DNA of 63,942 nucleotides, the filler included, from Thelocarpon superellum (lineage: Eukaryota), in assembly GCA_026025795.1 (NCBI GenBank). It is 6 parts of 6 records of this genome, joined end to end, with 100 filler letters (N's around TTAATTAATTAA, not from the genome) between each part and the next. Parts side by side here need not be neighbours in the genome. Positions count along the whole stretch, not along the records: positions 22,847 to 34,086 come from JAPEUG010000509.1; positions 34,187 to 45,348 come from JAPEUG010000510.1; 4 more parts are not named here. One strand, 5' to 3'. Under the pieces are notes generated by a model. That model searched no databases. It was not told the origin of the DNA and was given only the letters and a program-made list of their open reading frames with translations. Numbering within the stretch: position 1 is the first letter of the stretch; each line of letters begins with the position of its first letter. This document shows, piece after piece, positions 23,345 through 35,693 of this stretch. The translations under genes and the position numbers were made by a program.

Positions 23345-26300
23345 TTACCCTGCTCCGGTCACGCCTACCTGACCCTGTGGTTTGCTCCATTGTGAGGTCG
23401 TGGGGGCGGCGGCGGCGAGGTGGCCTTGACTGCCGTGGCTGTCGGAGCTGCCAGTGCGTTGACGATAGGGTGAATTTGGATGGTTGAGGTCATACTGCGT
23501 CTGGGTGGGCGTGTTCTGTTGACTGGCCGATGGCATCCATGCTCCGATGCCCGGGCCTTGCACGTGTCGCACCGAGCTCTCCTGCTGCCAGGCGTTGCCT
23601 TGGTAGGGGATGACATCCACGCGTTGCGCAAGCGGCGCCGCTGCTCGTCCGCCGCTCTCCTTGCCACGGGTCACCGGTGACGCCGGCGACTCGCTTGTCA
23701 CGACGGTTCGCTGTGGCCCAGGCGACTTGGCAATGTCGCCGTATCGTTTGAGGATCTCTTTGGTCGTAATGTCCGCACTCCCGTTGAACAGCGTGTTGTC
23801 GCTCAGGATGGATTGTAGATCCTCAGGGATCTCGGGGCCTGTTAGCTGGGCGCAAAGAGGGAGCCGGAGGCGGAAGCTCACCTCGCACATGGCTTCGTTA
23901 TATTCAATCAACGAATTCACCGCCTCGATGGCTAGGAATCCGTCGTCCATGCCCGAGTTCTTGTTCTGCGAATAGAGGATGTTGGGCGTGATCACCGTCG
24001 CAAGATTGTGTACGTCCATCTTACTGCCCGACTCCTCGTCGATGTGTGAGAATGATGAGGCCCAGTTGAGGAAGGAGAACAGTATCTCCATCGAATCGCG
24101 GTGGCTCTTGGGGAGAAGACAGCACGTCAGATGTAACACGCGCCGCCTCTTTTGCTCATCGGCAATTTCTGTCTCGGATGTCAGCCAGGTCGGTGACAGT
24201 TGCCTGCCCAAGGGCGACGGGACTCACTCTGCGATGTGATGAAGAGACGGTGGAGCTTCAGGGTCAACAAGGGATCCGGAAGGTCACGAAGGAACTTCTT
24301 CAGCAGCGCCGCCACCTGCACTGGACTCTCCTTGTTCAGGTCCACGGCATCGCCACCCTTCGTGTCGATCGTCTCCGCCAGCTCCCGTAAGCGCCGGATG
24401 TTGCCGTTCTTCCGGAAGACGCCCTCGACCGACATGTCCATCTGTCGCATGGCTGACACGGCATCGTCGATTATCGCCGGTATCCGGAGCGCGCCCGGTC
24501 CCACTCCATCCGTCGACTCGGCCCCGTCCTTTTCGATCAGCGTGTCCAGGCCTACGCCAAACACGCCCTTCTTCTTGCCCGCCTTGCGCCCGTCGTTCTT
24601 AAAGGCCTTGCCGAACTTGCCCCAAAAGGTAGGCTTGCGTGACTCGATCAGTCCCAAGAGTTCCTCGAGGTTGAAGTGCCCCTCCAGGAGCGATTCCATC
24701 GAGAGCACGGCGACGTGACGCACGATGAAATACTCGAGCGCCGACAGCTCCGAGAAATATCGCTTCCCTCGCTGTCCCGTCGCATCACCAAGCGCGGCCT
24801 TGTCTAGCTCGTTGCCCCCCGACACGTCCCGTTGATGTCCATTCACGAGTCGTGGCTGTCCGCCCGTGGATCCCAGCAGCTGGTTGCCCGCATGTCGGTA
24901 GGCATTCGGCCGCTGGTCCTTGGCTTGCTCCGCCGCCACGATTCGCGGGATGTCGTCCAGCGTCAAGGCATCCTGGTGACCGAACATAAGCTCTGCCGAG
25001 GGCTCGGTGCTCGGTTCGCGTTCCTCGACAATCTGAAACCCTTGGTCGCGGGCCTGCGAGGCGTCCGCGTCGGCCGAGCCCGGTCGTGCGCTTCGCCCGT
25101 CGGGACCGCTGATGATGCGCGACGTTCGCGCCTTCTTGATCGTCGTCGAGACGTGTTTATCCATGCGCGTCGAGCGCAGCCGGCGAATGTCGCCCAGCGT
25201 CTGCGCGTAGGAGGATTCCGCTTGCTCGTCCGACGGGCCCGCGTAGGACTTGGATCGAGACGCCGACCGCAGGAGCGGAGGGTCGACTTGACCGGATTGT
25301 GAGACTCGGTGGCCCTCATTGGAATCGTAGCTGGTCAGGTTGGGATCGTCTACGTTGGCAGTCAGTACCTCAACTCCCTGACCACGGTAGCGACTCCCTA
25401 CCAGACGTATGAGGAATGGCGCCCCCGGCCCGCAGCTTCGACAGCAGTCGGGCAAGCGCGACCCGGAGCAGGTAGACGTACTGCTGCAGCCGTGTGATGC
25501 GCTCGAGACTTTGAGCGTCGGGCGATCGTGCGGCGCACGTGGAACAATACAGGTGCTGCTCATGCGCGCTCCATCTCGCGTCATGAAGGTCTTGCGACAG
25601 GTCGCGCGAGCATTTTGAGCAGCTCAAGCATGAAAGATGCCACCGCCGCTCCCCACCACGCGCGCAGTCTCCCTCAATAGTCTGCCTGCACGTGCCGCAG
25701 AGGTCGGATCCATGTGCCGCCAAACCCGACACCCCGGCGGTCGAGTCAAGCGATTTCTCGGCCTCTTTGACCGAGTCGAGATCACTCAAGTCTTCTAGAA
25801 AGCGATGGAGGCCTTCCGCCACCTGCTTCTCGCGCTCGAGCTTGAGCGCACCCTGAAGGCTGATTCGGATCAAGAGCTTGAGATAATGCGCTAAGCCCGT
25901 GACCAGAGACAGCAGCTCCTGAGTAACACCCAGCTTCCGGACCCCGGTCTCTTGTGTCTTGGAGAGGAGGGAGAAGAAGGCGACAATCTTCTTGCAGAGA
26001 AGCTTGGCCTCGCGTGAGTAGGAGAGGCCTATTCCGGTGTCACGTCAGCCACCGTGCTTCGCCTGGGGACTCCTCCGACTGACCCTTCATGCCCTCGGCG
26101 ACCATCAGGTGGTCCAGACGATCGAGCGAGCCGAACAGAATATCGACGTGCCAGATGAACTTCTTCGCCACCAGGACGCCGTCGACGTAGGCGCCGTTAC
26201 TGACGTGCAGCAACATGTCGGAGATGCAGGCTGCCGAGGACTCCTCGAAGGTCGATAGAATCCGCCAGATCTGATAGACCTTCTCCTCCATCTTCTCCTC

Positions 26301-27225
26301 GTCCTCCCGCACGAGGTTGCGCTCTTGCGGCGTGGCATTGACGTCGAGCTGGGGTCTTCCCGGGTCGACCTCGGCCGTGGCTAATCGGACGTTCCAGAAT
26401 TTATGGATCATGTAGCATTCGGGATGCCAGTGTTGGTTCTGGCCGCCGCGGAAGATCTCGACGAATTGCTTGAGGATGGCCGTCTGACAGCCGCTGCAGC
26501 GTTGGGCGAATTGAGTAGAGTAGTGGTAATGGCAGTAAACTTTGCCCTCGTGCTCATAATAGCTGTCTTGCGCGCCGAAGATGGTGGGGCATACGGAGCA
26601 GGTGAAATGCTCAATGTGGTACTTGCGCTCCAGAGCTGTGATATAAGAGCCTCGGAGCGCCCCGCCACACGCCGAACACAAGAGGTCGAGGCGGCGGAAG
26701 TAGTCGGTCTCGCATAGCGGATATTGACCCGACCCATCCTCCTCGTCGACGGGGAAGAATTTGGAGGCGACAATCTGACCACAGTCCTGGGGGCCGGAGG
26801 TCAGCATCTTTGCCTGCTCAGGTATCGTTCCGCGCCTCATCACCACCTACCCGACATTTGTAGCAGTCAATGTGAAAGGTTCCGCCGAGTGCTCGCACGA
26901 ACTGGCCTGTCAGGGGTTCCTGGCAGGTCTTGCATATCCGTATGTTCCCACTCCCCGTTCGATTGCCATGCGTCCGGGGCGGGCGAATTTTTGAGGTTGA
27001 CCCGGCGCCGGTAGGAGAGGGGTCGGGACTCGCGGTGACATTGGCCCCGATGGGATTTCTGGGGCCGGCGCCGTGGCCATTCGTGCGGGAGTCGTAAGCT
27101 TGGGTACGGTAGTCGTCAGGCATTGCTTGTGAGTATCGATCGCGCGAGCGAGCTCCCCGATAGGCCACGTCGCCGTCGACATGACGACCATCACCCGAGG
27201 GACGACCCTCGGAGTGGGACGTCAT
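23345..27225 (-). CDS. LRG1: LIM-domain Rho GTPase-activating protein, multi-exon
   Basis: LIM zinc fingers (CKTCQEPLTGQFVRALGGTFH; CSACGGALRGSYITAL; HWHPECY) and RhoGAP motifs (VEGVFRKNGN, LLKKFLRDLPDPLLT, KMDVHNLATVITPNIL). Confidence 0.94.
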
Positions 27226-28856
27226 GCCAAACCGACGAGGAGGACCGGAGCCGGTGGCGTCGGCGGACGGTCAGGGACCGGTCGAGGGCTGGGAGGGCAC
27301 CAGCCCGCGCGGGGCGATGAAAGCGGACGAGGGTGATGCAAGTGCGATGGCCTTGCGTGACGGCGACGGCGACGGCGGCGTCGGTCGTCCGGGCGCGGGC
27401 GGCCAGCGTCGTCGTCGGACCTCGATCGGAGGTGGAGCTTGGAGACCGGGCGGTGATGGTGATGATGGCAGCGGCGAAACCCGCCCCGGTCAACCCTGCA
27501 TCACCTGAAACGGGGGCGCGGGCGAGCCAAAGACTGTCAGAAGGGGCCTGGAAGCAGGCTCCAGTGGGAAAGGTTTGGTGCACCACCCTGTACCAGGATG
27601 CTCGATTAGAAAGCCGTCAGCATCGGTGCTCGATGCAGATGTGTAGGTGCACGCAGGCGAATGGGCGGACGGGCGAGTCGGCGAGTCGGCGAGTGGGCAA
27701 ATGAGCGGATGTACAAGCGACCTGATGCGAGGTGGTGATTCGTGGTGCCAGCGCTCGTCGCCGTCTCGACTGGAGGGACGGACTCAGGCGGAGCTGGTGC
27801 CGCATCTACGCCTAGGACCGTGCGACCAGAGCCCGTGGGATTCGGTGGATCGGGCCGTCAGACAGGGACGACTCCCGGCACCGACGAGAGGGACCGCGGC
27901 TGGTCCTGTCGGACTAAATCTCACGTCACACCGAATCACGCTGGTCGATCGTGCGATCCGGAAAAGCTGGCGATCTACAGGAACGCGTCCCAGTATACAG
28001 GCAGAACATGTGGCGAGGCTACGCTGTCAATCTCATCCTGGGATATGGCCTTCGATGACATCGGGCTGGATGACTGTCACAACGATCCACTCATCGGGCG
28101 GAGACGGCATCGTGGTCATTAAGCCACAGGCAAGTCAGCCACATCGCCGCGCCGATTGTCCCTATTCTGGGGGGGTATCTGGGGTCGCGTCTCGCTCTTC
28201 AGTACGGGGAAGCCTCCTCTGCCTAGAGCACATACGGGGTAGTCGGGCCTCTGAAGGTGCCGGGGCGGGTGCGATCCCTTACACCTGCACATTACCGGTC
28301 CCTCGGGGACCAATCCCAGTCAGAAAACACAGCGTAGCCTTAGTCTCAAGTACTTCGTACCGCCAGGCTGTAGAGAGATACTGTCTCCCTAGACGGGGGT
28401 ACCGCCCCAAACCTGGATGAGGGAACCCCAACTTCATCTCTGTAGGCCCGCATCACCCATCACATCAGACGCCGACACGCTCCTCTCCTGGTAGTCGAGC
28501 TCGCGGATGGTGAAGGACCCTTTCCCGGTCAACTTGGGTGCGGTTATGCCATCGCCGCGTAGGGACCTGACAGAGGGGCGAATGAGTGAATGAGTGAATG
28601 AGTGACATGCGCCTTCATCTCACTTCCGCCGTGAATCCTCCGCGAACCATCCGTGCGCTGCCTGCAGTCCGCTGCCGCCATCGTGATCCCGACCAGCCAG
28701 GCGACAGTCCGTGCCCTGATCCGTCCTCCCCATAGCCCCCGTCTCCCGTTGCGCCACTGACGCCGGTGACACCATCTACGCCCTCGGCGCCATCACCATC
28801 CACGCTGCTCTGTCTCGGCCCGGTCAAACTCCAGTTTCACACGCCGGAACCCTTCG

Positions 28857-30675
28857 ATGTCTAATCAGTGCATCATCCGCATCACCCGGGTGAGATGGGC
28901 TGCGCCGCCTCTGCCCAGGCCTCTGCCCAGGCCTCTGTCCAGAGCCCGTCGGAACTGACGTGGCATTGTAGGAACTTGGGGAGATCCAAAAGTCCTCCGA
29001 CCTCTGTATGATACACTTTCTCGCTCTACCTGAGCTCTGGTGCTCCATCCACTGACGCTCTGGCCCTACCTAGCCCTGGCCGTGGCCTGCCGCGATGTCG
29101 ATGTTCGCAGCGTCAAGGCCGTGATCGTCGGCCCCCCGGACACCCCCTACGAGTTTGGCTTCTTTGAGGTGCGTCCGGCTCCTATTCCACGTCGACGGCC
29201 ATGTGCGCGATGCTGACCCTCACCTGATAGTTTTCCCTCAAGTTTGGCAAAGGTGAGCCACGTTCAAGGCGCCCAGGCTACACAGCTCGCACGTGGTTAC
29301 TGATGGGTTGGTTGCAATCGACAGACTATCCGGGCAAAGCACCGGCCGTGACCGCGACCACAACGAACTTAGGCCGCTGCCGCTTCAATCCAAACATCTA
29401 CGCCAATGGAAAGGTGTGCCTGTAAGAGTCTCCCAATGTCGAGCCATTGACGACGCCCATCTCGCTGACGTTGTAACGGTGGCAGCTCGATCCTGGGGTA
29501 TGAGTCCATCTTTCCCGCTTACGCAGATGGAGGTGCTTGTCTGACACGGCCGGGACAGTACCTGGCGAGGCGAGAGTGGGGAGCAGTGGTCGTCCGCACA
29601 AGGGCTAGAGTCCATCTTGATCTCCATCCAGAGTTTGATGTCCGCCAACCCGTACGAAAACGAGCCAGGGTTTGAGGATGCCAATAAGTCGGAGCATGAC
29701 AAGAACAACATTGCCGAATACGCCTCCAAGGTTGGCCACTCTCCCTCGAACCTCACGCGTTGAGAGTGCGCTTTGTAGCTAATGCGCTACGCACATGGAC
29801 AGATCCGTCATGAGACTCTGCGCATTTCCGTCATTCAGCGGCTGGAAGAGTACCTTGGCATCAATGCCGATGGTACTTTACAAACGCTCCCGAGCATGTC
29901 GGAGCGCGATGGCTATGAGGTCGAAGAGGAGGTGGACGATACGCTGCCCAGCTTTGAGCCCTTCAAAGACCTCTTCAAGCGCCGTTTTCTGTGGTACTAC
30001 GACTCTTACCTCCAGACCATCCTTACCAACAAGACCAAGATCAAGGACGACCGGCCCTTTGTCAAGATGCCATTTGAGTGCACCGGAAATGGGATGGAGG
30101 GAAAATTCCGCTACTCCGAGCTGGAGCGCCGTCTCCAATTGATCCGCGAGCAGCTAGACAAGGAGACGGCCGGCTGGGCGGCGGAAGGCCTGGTGGCCAA
30201 GACCAAGGAATCGGGCATCGCGGCCAACTTGCAGCGTCAGTTCGAGCAAGTGGTGGAGTCCTACAAGAGCGACGACCGGGTCACCATGGACATTGGCCTG
30301 GTCGACGAGAATCCCTTTGTGTGGAGGGTTACGTACATTGGACGGCCAATGACGAACCTTGACGGTGGTCTCTTCAAGATCCTGATCTGCTTCAGCCCGC
30401 GCTTCCCGGAAGAGCAACCGCGCGTGCGATTTGAGACGGACATGTTCCATCACCGCATCTCGACCGATGGCATCGTCTGCTACTTTCCCCGCAAGGCCGA
30501 GGACGCCAAGTCCCACATCGAGGCCATCATCGACGCGCTCGAGGACGAATCCCCGCCGTACGATCCACGTACCTTGGTCAATCCAGCCGCCGCCAAGCTC
30601 TACTGGGGCTCGACGGACGACAAGAAGAATTACAATCGACGCCTCCGGCGCGCGGTGCAACGAAGCATGGAGTGA
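28857..30675 (+). CDS. Ubiquitin-conjugating enzyme, UBE2Z-like N-terminal UBC plus a second C-terminal UBC-like domain; many small exons (may end at 30737 if a last intron is spliced)
   Basis: [54 protein letters not shown]; second domain [34 protein letters not shown]. Confidence 0.9.
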
Positions 30676-33600
30676 GGTCTCCCCTCGTCGCACCGCTTCT
30701 CGCCATGCTAACCACGGCTACGGCTGATAGGGAGTGAGAGGTACTCATCTCATCCGTAGCATGTTCTTCCTTGCATTTAGCGAAGTGATGTCCCTTTTAC
30801 CGAACTCAACGGTCCTCCATTTCTGATCCCTCGGCTTGACCTCACCTTGATTTCCCTGCATCACATAGACTTGACATTATCACCTGCCCTTTCTCTTCCT
30901 CTCCGACATACGAACAGGCGCTGGACGGACGGATCGTGGGGAAGGTACTTGCTGGCGCCCGCGGCGTGACACGGAGTCACTCGGTGCCATTTGTATGATG
31001 GAAAGAGGAATGGCTCAATGGAGGGTTGACAGTTAACGGCAGACTCAGTACGTCAATGGTTTGATTCGTGAGATTAGATTTCAGCGGTGACGGTGAAACC
31101 GTGTATCCTTGTGACGAGATGAGGTTGCCTCTTCCACGTCTCTTTACCACCACGACTCTTTCAGGTGTTCCTCAGAGCAGACATCCTTGACCTTCCGCAA
31201 CCGAGTCAAATCGCCCACGAGGACGACAGCATGGCCTCAGTCCTCTGAAGGGAAAGGTTCATATCGGGAACACTCTCGGTATGTTTTCCCTTTCAACTTT
31301 CGCCGGACCAACTCTGTACGGGTGCTCGACAGAGCATCGGCGAGCGTACGGGCGACCGGCAGGACGGGAACACCCAGAGGAGCCCAATATTTGACCGGCA
31401 ATCTCGGCAGGTCGATGGCGACACACAGGATGATGCCCGCCAGCACGTAGTGTCTATCCGGATCAGCCACGGCCAGCCCGTCACGTTGCACTCGAGAAGG
31501 AGGTTAAGTCTTACAGTACATAGCGGGCCCTCGGCTAGAAGAAGCCCAAAGCATGCGGCATCAGCCAGGCAAACCAGAACCAGGAGCAGTGAGACCACTG
31601 CAAAACGAAAACCACCCACGTAAAGACTCCCAGACGTTGTGATTTAGAATCCCGGTACTTCGTCAAGGAGGTGAGGCCGACGGTGCCAGGCATCATGCAA
31701 AGTAGCGTCCACCAGCATGCGGAGCGGTATAGGTCTCGCACGCAGCCGACCCTGAGATCTCGCATGTGCACCATCAGCGAGGACACAGAGAATCACCAGG
31801 GCGGCATACGCCCTGGCCGGGGTCGCGCCATCACAGATCCGTTGAGAGGCGTTGGATGGTACTCTCTGATTCAGTAGAAGATATATCATGACTGCAAACA
31901 ACCGTAATGACGGGAGCTCGTGGGGCCAATTGATCTTCAAAGGTATTTGAAAGAGACAAACGGAAGGGTGCCGGCGCTACGGTCAGGACTGCTGAATGCT
32001 CTTCGGCAGTGGTGGCGACTTCCTCAACATTTCCAAGACCGCGAAGCTTGGGAGGCACTTCCGGCCCAGCCGGGCGATGGAATGAAAGTAGCGGGGGCTC
32101 CTCAACAAATGAAGATATCGCGAGAAAGTGGGGGGTTCTCTCTGTCACATTGGTCACCTGACTGTACAGACAGGTGACCATGGATTAGCCTAGGTATATC
32201 CCACCGTGGGCTACCTAGCTAGATAAGACAATCAACTCATAAGCATCCTACCGAAGGCATAACACTCCCGGATATGGCCGAAGCGGTAACTTATACTAGT
32301 CGTAGATTGGGACGAGGTGCGGTTCATACACGCGACACGATGCTAGGTGCGCAGAGAATACGACAGGTGTAAGGGCGCTCACGTGATCTAGTCACGTGCG
32401 CCTTCAGATGTTATCTCAGCTACGCGTAGAACTTGCAATATGGCTATGATTCGTACACGGGTGACTTTTCGCACAAATGCAAACTCTGCCACGCCTGCGT
32501 GTGATGTGGATTCGAGTGAACATGCCTCATGTCATGTTGTGAACTTACATGACAAGTAGGTGCAGGCCGAAGCGCTGTGACCAGGAGTCCAGCTACGCAT
32601 TCTACTCGGACCCAAATCGTGATCAACAAGGCATAAATTTATCGCCCGTACCAATGTTCGCTCCTGTATAAGCTCTGGCTGCATAACACATGAAGCAGGT
32701 CCTCTCCTTTGCTCCCACATGCCTCGCAGCAATGCGGTAGCGCGACATGTTCACAGAACGTTGAATTGTGGGATATGAGCTGCGACAAACCCGCCTTCCT
32801 CCCTCGAACGTCAGACCTGGCTTCTTCCAAACATATCATTATCAGGGTACTTGGTCTCAGGCCACTTGCTCTACTTGCTCGCATTCTTGGTATCGCCCAT
32901 CTCATCTTACGACCTCAGAAGCGTGTCACCGACAGCATATCCCCGCAATCATTAAAGCGAATGGTCATACTGTGATGAAGTGATCGGAACAGGCCTTTCT
33001 ACTGAGCAAGTCAACGAAGCCGCCACAGAGATATCTACATCTAATCCTTTGGATTGGGAGCGAAGTGATCTTCCCCAAACGTACACTTCTGGTAAGCACG
33101 AAACATACGCTTTCTTGCTTCGAAGAGCCTTCAGTTGGGCTCTCGTTTCCTTCCCATGCAAGGCAGCCATCTCTTGTTTCTGCGATTGTGTTGACCCTAT
33201 AGAAGCTGACATCCTTTGCCGCTGTGGACGACGGTCGGGTGGACATCACTGTGCAAGTATTTGATATGCTACCGGCAATCCCCTATGGTTCCCTACGCTC
33301 CGATTTTGGTTTCGAGAGCTCTAAGTTCGTTGACGCCCTCGTCTGGATACGGAACACCTGTGTCAATGGGCAAAGTGGCATCGGAGGTTTTCATACAGGT
33401 GATCTGGGAATCCGTATTGGTGGATGGAACGTTAGTAAGTCACCAGCTGGCTCAACTCCTTCCATAATATCGGCTGAATCGGCGAGGCAGAATTTGCACG
33501 GTCGTCGTTGGGAGTGACTATCAGCAAAAGAGACACGAAGCCCATCGCGTTGAGCTGCAACAGAGGCTGAAAACAAAGGGACGCTCGCATGGATTCGGCC

Positions 33601-34086
33601 ACCCACCGAATGTAGGCTTTGGAGGTTGCCATTGCCTAAATGCCTGGGCGATCTGGTATTGCCGAAACGCACCACTATTCACACCTCCTTCAAAGCCATT
33701 TTACAACAACAACCAGATGGCTAAGAGCGTTGCCTAAGGGCTCAAGTACACTTTGCCACCATATGAGGAGGATGTAACCCTTCTTGCACAGACGCCTGTC
33801 ATCAGAGCATTTCAAGGTGAGCAACCAGCGACTTGGGTGGAGTCGAGCTCACGCAACAGGATCAGATGTCCATGCTTCCTTCACTGCCAATGAGACGTCC
33901 ATAGTGCCATGGGGCGCCCTCCGGTGGGCTCTGGACGAGATCACAAGATCGTGTGATATCAACCCAGCCCGAGTCGCTGGTGGAAGCATTCTCCTTCCTC
34001 TTGGTATGCCCTTCAAGCTTGGAATGTAGATCTTCACTGACTGTTGTGTAGCTGTTGGCGTTGGGTTAGAAGTGATATTGAGCAAG

Positions 34087-34186
34087 NNNNNNNNNNNNNN
34101 NNNNNNNNNNNNNNNNNNNNNNNNNNNNNNTTAATTAATTAANNNNNNNNNNNNNNNNNNNNNNNNNNNNNNNNNNNNNNNNNNNN
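34087..34186. other. Artificial contig linker
   Basis: N-run with TTAATTAATTAA. Confidence 0.99.
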
Positions 34187-34295
34187 AATTGGTAAATGAG
34201 GTGCTGGAAGATGGGATCGCGTCACCTCCGCGGCGACTGCGTACGCACAACGGTACGTCTATCAATCCTGGATAGGACATTACTGACCAATGCAG

Positions 34296-35409
34296 ATCGC
34301 ACGCCCTCGACATCGCCTCCACCGGCTCCGCCTGAACAAGAGTGCGGCAACAGCCACCTTCTATAAAACTCCTGTGAACTAACGCGCGGCGTAGATTCAT
34401 GCACGAAGGACTGGACAAAGACGACATGTACATCATGGTCGAAGACGAGTTCCACGCCACCGCCAAGACGTTCACGCAGCACCTCCACCACGCGGAGTAT
34501 GTGCGGTTGAAGAGACTAGCGGAGGAGAAGAACGCAGCCACGGCCTATCCGATCCTCCGTCCCGTGGATCCGCGCGTAGTCATGAGCGAGGAATTGAAGG
34601 GGCAGAAAGCAGCCAGAGCGCGGGCCAAGAACCAAAAACAGACCGTCGACGAAAGAAGCACGAGGATGGGAAAGGGAAGTGAGGAGCAGGGAGAAGAGGA
34701 TTCGGACTCTCAGTCAGACGAAGAGCGAGATCCGTGGACGGGCACGAGCCTACAGAGCCTCATGACCGCCTCGAAACATGCCCATCACTCCCTCCGTGGT
34801 CTCTCGGAAGTCCGCTCCCGCACGAGAGCTGCTTCGGGGTTCGCGAGTTCGCGCGGAGAGACACGGTCATCGAGGGAGACGAGTTGGAAACTTTCACGGA
34901 GCGCGCCACCAGATATCGCGCTTGAAGATGGAACGACGGCTTCGGAAGACGACGACAATGACGATCTGGACGCACCAATCATTCGCCCAAATGCAGGAAA
35001 GGCATCATCAACGCTCAAACCAGGCGAGGCGTTGACTCATCGTCGCTCCTGCATCACCGAGCATCCGACGACTGAATCAAGCCCCGAGCTCCACGAAATG
35101 CGAGATGTCTCCCCGCCCCAGCCCCTGCCTGGAGTCTCAGCGAGTACGAAAGAAGCGGAAGAGTCCTGGCGCGCAAAAGTCAGGAGGAAAACGCCGTGTC
35201 GCGCCCTGTTTGACGGGGATAACAACGACGATCTAGACCCAGTCTTGAATCTGGCTAGACGACAGAATGGACGGCTTGGATCACTGTCGTCATCGCGATG
35301 TGTGAAAGTCTCGAACGAGCAGATTGGGAATGAAGAGGGAATGGAAAAGATTGGGCCTTCGGCTGCAAAATCCACCTCCTTGGGCGAGATTCCGACCTTT
35401 CTGTACTGA
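34296..35409 (+). CDS. Fungal hypothetical protein, likely 5'-truncated
   Basis: Exon RTPSTSPPPAPP, then a 336-aa ORF with DDMYIMVEDEF..FTQHLHHAEY..DPWTGTSL and terminal EIPTFL. Confidence 0.75.
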
Positions 35410-35693
35410 CTGAGACGATGGAGTCATGGAAGAATGGACTGTAATCGTTGGAATGGTGTAGAATTGATTGGGGACTCCTGGCTGCTCTATCTTATGTTTG
35501 TTCGTTTGTTCGTCCGACACTCTATGTTTCCGCGTGTCCATCATCTCTCGATCAGGCCGCTGGTCCAGTCTTTACAGAGGTCCCTCCATCTCAGTCCCTC
35601 TGGCCTCTTCTTTCCACCTTCTCTTCCACTACATCCGACAACTCGCCCGACCATTCACACACCCACTGATCCATTCGTCGCTCCCACCACCCT

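Noticed and set aside
27647..28420. 257-aa ORF between LRG1 and the E2 gene
   Set aside because: Lies in a divergent promoter region; no motif and likely a chance ORF
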